From the NCBI GenBank assembly GCA_903889265.1, contig CAISWS010000119.1, positions 4,615-68,614 on the forward strand: a stretch of 64,000 nt of DNA. The letters are read 5' to 3'. A program made the translations under genes and the position numbers. Shown piece by piece: positions 57,537 to 64,000 of this stretch; within the stretch, counting starts at the first letter, position 1; every line of letters begins with the position of its first letter. Below the pieces are notes generated by a model. That model did no database searches. It saw nothing but the letters and a program-made list of their open reading frames with translations, and was not told the DNA's origin. This DNA comes from an uncultured Bacteroidota bacterium (lineage in GTDB: Bacteria > Bacteroidota > Bacteroidia > Chitinophagales > LD1).

Positions 57537-58070
57537 ATGGACTTAGATAGTTTTGAAGGGAGACAAGATTTCTTTCTGCTTAAATTACATGTGGACCGGT
57601 TAAACAGAATTGCGGGTAAATCGGCATTTAGCCAGTTCGAATTTCAGCTACATCTTGATTTGATGTCGACAGGCGAACCGCCCATTGATGCAGAAGTCTT
57701 TTTAGTTAATCTCCTTGACAAAGGTTACATAGACCATAATTTAAGTTACAACCAGAACGATGCACCATATGTATTGACCAAAGAAGGTTCTGAATTTGTA
57801 AATAGCAATGGTTTTACCGAGAAGGAAAGGAGGAGATTAGTTGAACTGCAGAAAGACGAAAAAGTAAAACATGAACTAAAAGATATTACCAGAAAAAACA
57901 AGTGGTTTTATCCCCTACTCCTTTTTGCCATAATAAGCGCAACCGGGAATGTAGTTACGATTTACAAATACTTAACGCCCCCTGAAAAATCATTGGTATC
58001 CCAGCCAATGCTATTGCAAAAGCCACAGATTAAAGATGCCGTTCCTGCCAAAGCAACTAATCGGAAATAA
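57537..58070 (+). CDS. hypothetical protein, possible wHTH-like N-domain with C-terminal TM anchor
   Basis: 177 aa. LVNLLDKGYIDHN...YVLTKEGSEFV resembles a winged-helix recognition segment. Charged coiled segment, then TM WFYPLLLFAIISATGNVVTIY. No family recognised. Confidence 0.4.
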   Translation: MDLDSFEGRQDFFLLKLHVDRLNRIAGKSAFSQFEFQLHLDLMSTGEPPIDAEVFLVNLLDKGYIDHNLSYNQNDAPYVLTKEGSEFVNSNGFTEKERRRLVELQKDEKVKHELKDITRKNKWFYPLLLFAIISATGNVVTIYKYLTPPEKSLVSQPMLLQKPQIKDAVPAKATNRK

Positions 58071-58105
58071 TTTGTTCAATGATATGATCTTTTCGAGTAG
58101 AGCAA

Positions 58106-58453
58106 TCAATGGTAATATACCGCTATTTGTCGCTCATTCATTTTATATCCAATTCCTCGGAAGTCCAAAACGCCCTTCTTTTGATACCATTCAAAAATAT
58201 AACCGCCTTTTTGTGGCTTTACTGTTACCCATCCCGTATGTGTTCCAGCTGTATCTATGTATTGATTACGATAAATAGAAAATAAGCCATCGCCAATGTT
58301 CGTTGCCCCCGCTTTCTTTCGTAATAGCTCAACATAAACTTCGGAGTTAGGGCCACGATATACCCCGTTAATGCATCCATCCAATCCAATGTCATATAGT
58401 ATTAATGCATACGTGTCGTCTATTTTGTTGGTTGCCGCCTTTGATGATGCCAT
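58106..58453 (-). CDS. hypothetical protein
   Basis: 115-aa ORF, convergent with the previous gene. Beta-rich, Gly/Tyr-rich. No family recognised. Confidence 0.4.
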   Translation of the reverse strand: MASSKAATNKIDDTYALILYDIGLDGCINGVYRGPNSEVYVELLRKKAGATNIGDGLFSIYRNQYIDTAGTHTGWVTVKPQKGGYIFEWYQKKGVLDFRGIGYKMNERQIAVYYH

Positions 58454-58531
58454 ATTGATTTTTTAGGAATTTGAAAATATATAGTCCAAATTTATAAACT
58501 TTGGTGGTTTGAAACAATCCTCAACACACAA

Positions 58532-58551
58532 AAGCCACCCAAAGGTGGCTT
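58532..58551 (-). terminator. candidate terminator downstream of nrdJ
   Basis: AAGCCACC-CAAA-GGTGGCTT 8-bp stem about 40 bp after the nrdJ stop. On the minus strand it is followed by TTGTGTGTT. Confidence 0.5.
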
Positions 58552-58589
58552 CCGCATTAATTCATAATTCAAAAATCATCATTCAACAA

Positions 58590-61500
58590 TCAAGAACATC
58601 CCATACTATTACCGCAGTTAATGCACTTGTAACAGGTACCGCTGCGGATGGTGATGTTGCCGCATACGCTGCAGGGTGGGGCATCGCCCATCATATCCTG
58701 GGCCATTTTGTTGAAGCCTTGCATTGATGATTCGGCGAGGGTTAATTTTTTCATGTCGGTTTTCTTCACCGTCTCTTTGCTGGTTTTTGGTGTGTCCTGC
58801 ATTTCGGGGTGATTGCTTGCCGGGCGCTTTTCAATAAACGGCTCTTCCGAAATTTCGGTAGTAAGGTCGGCAGTAGATTGAGAGCGCATAGCCAGTTCTG
58901 ATGGTGTTACATGCACCAGGTCTGTGCGGCCCAGGTATTCAAACGCTAACAGTCGGAATATATAATCTACAATAGAACTTGCGTTTTTAATGTTCGGGTG
59001 GTCAACCATACCGCTTGGCTCAAAGCGGGTAAAGGTGAACTTGTTAACGAACTCTTCCAGCGGCACACCATATTGCAGGCCTATGGAAACCGATATAGCA
59101 AAACAGTTCATCAGCGACCGGAACGATGCACCTTCTTTGTGCATATCCACAAATATTTCGCCTAAGGTATTGTCGTCATACTCACCGGTGCGAACGAATA
59201 CGGTTTGTCCGCCGATTTTTGCTTTTTGGGTAAAGCCTCTTCTCTTGTGTGGTAATTTCTTACGCTCAACAATGCGGCTCAGTTCGCGCATAAAGTGGGT
59301 ATCGGTACTTTCCTGCATTAAAACGCGGGCAGCTTCCAATACTTCCTCAGGTGTAAGCCTGCTGAATCTTTCGCCTTCAGGCTGAGCTGGTGTAGCAACT
59401 TTGGTTTCTTTTTTGTCTTCCTTCTCTTCGTCTTTTTTGTTGCTGAGTGGCTGAGAAAGCTTGCATCCATCGCGGTAAAGCGCATTAGCCTTTAAGCCCA
59501 GCTTCCACGAAAGTTCATAGCACTTCTGAATATCCTCGACCGTTGCCTCATTTGGCAGGTTAATGGTTTTAGAAATCGCCCCGCTGATGAAAGGCTGAAC
59601 TGCCGCCATCATGCGGATGTGGCCGTGGGGATGGATAAACCTTACACCCTTCGTACCGCACTTGTTAGCACAGTCAAACACCGGCAGGTGTTCATCTTTC
59701 AATAAAGGAGCGCCTTCAATGGTCATGGTACCGCAAACGTACTCGTTGGCAGCATCCATTTCTTCCCTGCTATATCCTAACTCACGCAGCAGGTTAAAGT
59801 TGGCGGCTTTATATTGATCGGGTGTAAATCCAAGTTTTTGCAGGGTCTCTTCGCCCAGGCTCCAGTAATTAAATGCAAAGCTTATGTCAAACGCTGCTGG
59901 TAGTTGTGCTTCAATTTTATCCAGGTCAACATTGTTGAATCCTTTGGCCCGTAAACTATCGGCGTTAATATGCGGACAACCGGTTAACGAAGCATGGCCT
60001 TTTGCATATTTCACAATAGCATCAATCTGAACCGGAGAGTATCCCAGGTTTTCCAGCGCTGCCGGCACACATTCGTTTACAATTTTAAAGTAACCGCCAC
60101 CCGATAGTTTCTTAAATTTTACCAAAGCAAAATCAGGCTCAACACCGGTAGTATCACAATCCATTAATAAACCAATAGTTCCGGTTGGCGCAATAACCGT
60201 TGCCTGTGCATTGCGGTATCCGTATTGTTCTCCTAATTGCAAAGCCTGGTCCCATGCGCTGGTTGCAGCAGCCAGTAAATAGCTTGGGCAATCTTTAGGG
60301 TTAATGCCGCAAGGTTTAATTTCAATGCCTTCGTAGCTGCTTGCATCAGCATTGTATGCAGCCAAACGGTGGTTGCGCATTACGCGCAGCATGTTCTTTT
60401 TGTTTCTCTCATAACCTGCAAACGGCCCTAATACCGAAGCCATTTCAGCAGATGTTTTGTAAGCAACCCCGGTCATAATTGCAGAGAGCGCTCCGCCCCA
60501 TGCACGTGCCTTATCACTATCGTAAGGTATTCCCGAAACCATCAGCACCGAGCCCAGGTTGGCATATCCCAATCCAAGCGTTCTGAATTCATATGATAGC
60601 CTTGCCACTTCTTTAGAAGGGAATTGGGCCATTAAAACAGATATTTCAAGCACCACGGTCCAGATGCGGCTCATGTGCTCAAATCCTTTTACATTAAACT
60701 CCAGCGTTTGGTCGTTAAAGAATTTGCGCAGGTTAAACGAAGCCAGGTTGCAGGCGGTGTTATCTAAAAACATATACTCGCTGCAAGGGTTGCTGGCGCG
60801 TATTGGGCCGTCCTCAGGGCAGGTGTGCCATTCGTTAATGGTAGTATCAAACTGAATGCCCGGGTCAGCACAACGCCATGCCGCCTTGGCAATTTTATCC
60901 CACAACTCGCCCGATGGAACAGACTTCATTACACGGCGGTCAGTTCTTGCCAGTAAATCCCAGCTCTCGCCTCTTTCAAGTTTATGGAAGAATGAGTTAG
61001 GAATGCGTACCGAGTTGTTCGAATTCTGCCCGGCTATAGTTCTGTAAGCTTCACCTTCATAATGCGAATCGTAACCGCCGTTAATTAAAACAGCAGCCTT
61101 ATCTTCTTCCTTCATTTTCCACTCAATAAAGTCTACAACTTCAGGGTGGTCAAGGTCAAGGCAAACCATTTTGGCAGCACGGCGTGTTGTTCCGCCACTT
61201 TTAATAGCACCGGCAGCAGCATCACCAATTTTCAAAAAGCTCATTAAGCCCGATGAAGTTCCCCCGCCCGAAAGTTTTTCGCCTTCGCCACGGATGTTTG
61301 AGAAGTTGGTTCCAACGCCCGAACCATATTTAAATATGCGGGCTTCACGTATCCAAAGGTCCATAATACCACCACCGCCAACTAAATCGTCATCAACTGA
61401 AAGTATAAAACATGCATGGGGTTGAGGTCTCTCATAGGCAGATGTTGATTGTTCTAAAACTCCGGTATCAGGGTTTACAAAATAATGTCCTTGTGGTTTG

Positions 61501-61949
61501 CCGGTAATTCCATAAGACGAAAACAGGCCAGTGTTGAACCACTGTGGCGAGTTAGGTGCAGCCATCTGGTCTAACAACGAGAATACCAACTCATCGTAAA
61601 ACACATCTGCGTCTTTTTTACTGGCAAAATAACCATAGCGTTCGCCCCAGCTTCTCCAGCAGTCGGCCAAACGGTGTGTAACCTGCTTTATTGAGCGCTC
61701 CCCACCCACAGAACCATCGGCCTGCGGAACACCAGCTCGTCGAAAATATTTCTGGGCAAGAATATCGGTGGCAACCTGGCTCCAGCCTTTAGGCACTTCA
61801 ACGTTGTGCATCTCAAACACAGCGTCTCCTGCCGGGTTGCGTATTACCGACGAGCGTAACTCGTATTCAAAAAGGTCGAAGGCGGTAAGGCCGTCTTTGG
61901 TATACAGACGGTCGACCTTCAATCCTTTCTTTTCATTTTTCTTTGCCAT
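58590..61949 (-). CDS. nrdJ: adenosylcobalamin-dependent (class II) ribonucleotide reductase, long form
   Basis: 1119 aa. Active-site region [57 protein letters not shown], and a C-terminal CSVCGN...[14 protein letters not shown] zinc ribbon. Confidence 0.92.
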   Translation of the reverse strand: MAKKNEKKGLKVDRLYTKDGLTAFDLFEYELRSSVIRNPAGDAVFEMHNVEVPKGWSQVATDILAQKYFRRAGVPQADGSVGGERSIKQVTHRLADCWRSWGERYGYFASKKDADVFYDELVFSLLDQMAAPNSPQWFNTGLFSSYGITGKPQGHYFVNPDTGVLEQSTSAYERPQPHACFILSVDDDLVGGGGIMDLWIREARIFKYGSGVGTNFSNIRGEGEKLSGGGTSSGLMSFLKIGDAAAGAIKSGGTTRRAAKMVCLDLDHPEVVDFIEWKMKEEDKAAVLINGGYDSHYEGEAYRTIAGQNSNNSVRIPNSFFHKLERGESWDLLARTDRRVMKSVPSGELWDKIAKAAWRCADPGIQFDTTINEWHTCPEDGPIRASNPCSEYMFLDNTACNLASFNLRKFFNDQTLEFNVKGFEHMSRIWTVVLEISVLMAQFPSKEVARLSYEFRTLGLGYANLGSVLMVSGIPYDSDKARAWGGALSAIMTGVAYKTSAEMASVLGPFAGYERNKKNMLRVMRNHRLAAYNADASSYEGIEIKPCGINPKDCPSYLLAAATSAWDQALQLGEQYGYRNAQATVIAPTGTIGLLMDCDTTGVEPDFALVKFKKLSGGGYFKIVNECVPAALENLGYSPVQIDAIVKYAKGHASLTGCPHINADSLRAKGFNNVDLDKIEAQLPAAFDISFAFNYWSLGEETLQKLGFTPDQYKAANFNLLRELGYSREEMDAANEYVCGTMTIEGAPLLKDEHLPVFDCANKCGTKGVRFIHPHGHIRMMAAVQPFISGAISKTINLPNEATVEDIQKCYELSWKLGLKANALYRDGCKLSQPLSNKKDEEKEDKKETKVATPAQPEGERFSRLTPEEVLEAARVLMQESTDTHFMRELSRIVERKKLPHKRRGFTQKAKIGGQTVFVRTGEYDDNTLGEIFVDMHKEGASFRSLMNCFAISVSIGLQYGVPLEEFVNKFTFTRFEPSGMVDHPNIKNASSIVDYIFRLLAFEYLGRTDLVHVTPSELAMRSQSTADLTTEISEEPFIEKRPASNHPEMQDTPKTSKETVKKTDMKKLTLAESSMQGFNKMAQDMMGDAPPCSVCGNITIRSGTCYKCINCGNSMGCS

Positions 61950-62249
61950 GTTATTTATGTTTTGTAGGGTATTAAAATTCTCCTTTGTGTTGAAGTGGAA
62001 TGACGTAGGCGAATTTATTCTTGTTAAAAAAATATCCCATCCTATTTTATCAACAGAAAATGTGAAAAGATGTTTTGTTCTTTTAACATCAGAGGCAGGG
62101 GACGATTTCGTTGTGTGGAAAAATGTTTTTCCAATTTTATTAGCGTAAATTTCGGAAATTTTTCACTGTTTTTTTGTCTGATTTATTGAGCAGACCATTT
62201 AACCCTTAATTGCCCTAAAAGCCATAATACAAAATCCACGTTGTAACAA

Positions 62250-62996
62250 ATGATCTATAAAAAAATTAAAACCGGAAAACAATCCAGGCTCGCAGTTCTT
62301 ATTGACCCCGATAAGCACAATGCCGAATCTTTATTAAGGCTGGCTGAGCTATCGGCCAACTGCAAAGTCGACTTCTTTTTTATTGGTGGAAGCCTGTTAA
62401 TGGAAAGGAATTTTGAGAGTGCTATTAAAATAATCAAGGCTCATTCAAATATCCCTGTAATCATCTTTCCGGGCAGTAATTACCAGCTCAGTGGCAAGGC
62501 AGATGCTATCCTCTTTTTAAGCCTGATATCAGGCCGCAACCCCGAGTATCTGATTGGCCAGCAGGTAGTAGCTGCACCAATGATAAAAAAGATGGGCCTG
62601 GAATCTATCTCCACAGGATATATCCTGGTTGACGGCGGACGAGTTTCGTCTACCTCGTATATTACCCAAACCACGCCAATACCCAATAGCAAAACAGATA
62701 TTGCAGTAGCCACAGCCCAGGCCGGCGAAATGCTGGGCATGAAAATGATTTACCTGGAAGCCGGAAGCGGGGCAAAAAACACGGTAAGTGCTAAAATGAT
62801 AGCTGCGGTTAAGCAAAAAATTTCAATCCCTCTCATAGTAGGCGGCGGCATACGCACGGCTGAACAGGCCGAGGAGATTTGCAAAGCCGGTGCCGATATT
62901 ATTGTAGTTGGTAACGCGCTTGAAGAAACCCCCGGTTTATTGATGGAAATATCGCTGGCAGTGCACGGCGTAAATACGAGTAAAAAAACTATTTAA
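62250..62996 (+). CDS. geranylgeranylglyceryl/heptaprenylglyceryl phosphate synthase family (PcrB/GGGPS-like) protein
   Basis: 248 aa, TIM-barrel prenyltransferase pattern: LIDPDK, FFFIGGSLL, YLEAGSGA, PLIVGGGIRT...ADIIVVGNA. Confidence 0.85.
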   Translation: MIYKKIKTGKQSRLAVLIDPDKHNAESLLRLAELSANCKVDFFFIGGSLLMERNFESAIKIIKAHSNIPVIIFPGSNYQLSGKADAILFLSLISGRNPEYLIGQQVVAAPMIKKMGLESISTGYILVDGGRVSSTSYITQTTPIPNSKTDIAVATAQAGEMLGMKMIYLEAGSGAKNTVSAKMIAAVKQKISIPLIVGGGIRTAEQAEEICKAGADIIVVGNALEETPGLLMEISLAVHGVNTSKKTI

Positions 62997-63051
62997 ATCA
63001 AACTTTAGCTTGCGCAGAAAAAACCGCTTTAAACAAATTTATTTGTATTCA

Positions 63052-63105
63052 TCTTTGCGCTCTTGGCTCCCGATTGCTATCGGGATTGCGGTAAAAATGT
63101 ATTTA
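63052..63105 (+). repeat. family-B intergenic repeat, half copy with inserted mini-hairpin
   Basis: TCTTTGCGCTCTTGGCTCCCGATTGCTATCGGGATTGCGGTAAAAATGTATTT. CCCGAT-TGCT-ATCGGG hairpin inside. Ends 10 bp before the rsgA ATG. Confidence 0.7.
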
Positions 63106-63115
63106 ACTTAAAAGC

Positions 63116-64000
63116 ATGAGGGGAGTAGTCATCAAATCTACTGGCAGTTGGTACGAGGTAAAGGCCGAAAACGGCGAGGTAATCAAATGCCGTTTAAAAG
63201 GCCTTTTCAGGTTAGATGAAAGTAAAGATAAAGACAGCAACCCCATTGCCGTTGGCGATAAGGTTACCATAAACAGCGCCGAAGGAAATGACTCATGGAT
63301 GATAGATGCCATCGAACCCCGCGATAATTACATTGTCCGTGTATCACCCAAACATAAAGGCGCGCGTCAAATCATAGCCGCCAACCTCGGCCAGGCCATG
63401 CTGATAGTTACCATGGCCAACCCCCGAACCAGCACAGGTTTTATTGACCGCTTTCTGGTTACTGCTGAGGCCTACCACATACCCACCATTATTGTTTTCA
63501 ATAAACAGGATATGCTGGATGTAAAATCGCAAAAGAAGCAGGATTGGGTGGCTGATATTTATAAAAAGATTGGCTACAAAGTTTTGTTCGTCTCCGCCGT
63601 GCAGCCCGAAACCCTGGATGTTGTAAAAAATGAATTGAAAGATAAAACGACCTTAATTGCCGGCCACTCAGGCGTAGGTAAATCTACCCTGCTTAACGCC
63701 ATTCAACCCAGCCTTAATTTACGTACGGAACAGATATCAAAAATGCACGCCAAAGGTATGCACACCACCACATTTGCCGAAATGCACTTTCTTGATTTTG
63801 GAGGCAGTGTAATTGACACCCCCGGCGTTAAAGAATTCGGCATACTCAACTTTAAAACAGAAGAGATATCGCATTACTTTATTGAAATGCGGGAAGTGCT
63901 GAACAACTGCAAATTCAATAACTGCGTGCACGAAAAAGAACCGGGCTGTGCCGTAAGGCAAGCTTATTATGATGGCAAGATTTCGGAGGAGCGGTATGTG
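63116..64000 (+). CDS. rsgA: ribosome small-subunit-dependent GTPase A (RsgA/YjeQ), 3' end outside window
   Basis: Not in the ORF track because no stop is reached. My translation from the ATG at 63116 is MRGVVIKSTGSWYEVKAENGEVIKCRLKG... (OB fold), circularly permuted GTPase motifs FNKQD and GHSGVGKSTLLN, then DTPGVKEF and the zinc-knuckle region CKFNNCVHEKEPGCAV. Confidence 0.85.
   Translation, partial: MRGVVIKSTGSWYEVKAENGEVIKCRLKGLFRLDESKDKDSNPIAVGDKVTINSAEGNDSWMIDAIEPRDNYIVRVSPKHKGARQIIAANLGQAMLIVTMANPRTSTGFIDRFLVTAEAYHIPTIIVFNKQDMLDVKSQKKQDWVADIYKKIGYKVLFVSAVQPETLDVVKNELKDKTTLIAGHSGVGKSTLLNAIQPSLNLRTEQISKMHAKGMHTTTFAEMHFLDFGGSVIDTPGVKEFGILNFKTEEISHYFIEMREVLNNCKFNNCVHEKEPGCAVRQAYYDGKISEERYV

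Noticed and set aside
58590-61949. Intein as an explanation for the unusual length of NrdJ.
   Set aside because: The extra length is a low-complexity charged linker plus a C-terminal zinc ribbon. There is no Cys/Ser-initiated block ending in His-Asn followed by Cys/Ser/Thr, and no homing-endonuclease-like segment.
61950-62249. Cobalamin riboswitch or NrdR operator upstream of nrdJ.
   Set aside because: I could not find a B12-box-like core or a pair of 16-bp NrdR-type palindromes by eye. A covariance-model or PWM scan is needed before claiming either.
26497-63105. Possibility that the recurring short repeats represent a CRISPR array.
   Set aside because: Copies are kilobases apart in separate intergenic regions and belong to several unrelated families. 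Many are palindromic with half-copies. There is no regular repeat-spacer periodicity and no cas genes are present.
1-64000. tRNA, rRNA, tmRNA or RNase P genes.
   Set aside because: Scanning intergenic regions by eye found no T-arm/anticodon-arm cloverleaf candidates or rRNA-like segments. A tRNAscan/Infernal run would be needed to exclude small RNAs formally.

Overview
The window looks like a chromosomal segment from a Bacteroidota genome, probably Sphingobacteriia-like. The basis is gldA/gldF/gldG gliding genes, PorP/SprF, a T9SS type-B sorting domain, a PorE-like OmpA protein and many lipoprotein or SusC-style signal peptides. I saw no rRNA, tRNA or CRISPR array.

Gene content:
- Housekeeping genes: radA, gmk, yicC-like, apaG, glyQS, tatC, rpiB, a fused E1 alpha/beta 2-oxoacid dehydrogenase, class II ribonucleotide reductase nrdJ, rsgA and a PcrB/GGGP-synthase-like prenyltransferase.
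- Envelope and efflux genes: a TolC-MFP-RND-RND operon with two tandem paralogous RND pumps, a TetA-like MFS transporter, SulP, an EamA transporter and an SPFH protein.
- A P450-ferredoxin pair next to an arylsulfotransferase-like gene.

Most unusual content:
1. Three paralogous secreted collagen-like (Gly-X-Y) proteins share a Cys-containing N-terminal module. Two form a tandem duplication at the head of a same-strand gene string. That string continues with a small Lys-rich secreted protein, a T9SS type-B C-terminal-domain protein, PorP/SprF and a PorE-like OmpA protein. The third is translationally coupled (TAATG) to an M28 peptidase.
2. An IS200-like Y1 (HUH) transposase has the hallmarks of a REP-associated tyrosine transposase (RAYT). 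It is flanked by inverted copies of a three-hairpin REP-like unit and sits in a repeat-dense, ORF-poor region.
3. Several distinct families of short palindromic intergenic repeats are present. One appears to be inserted in-frame in the linker of the E1 alpha/beta fusion protein.

All similarity statements are by-eye comparisons. No database search or alignment program was available.
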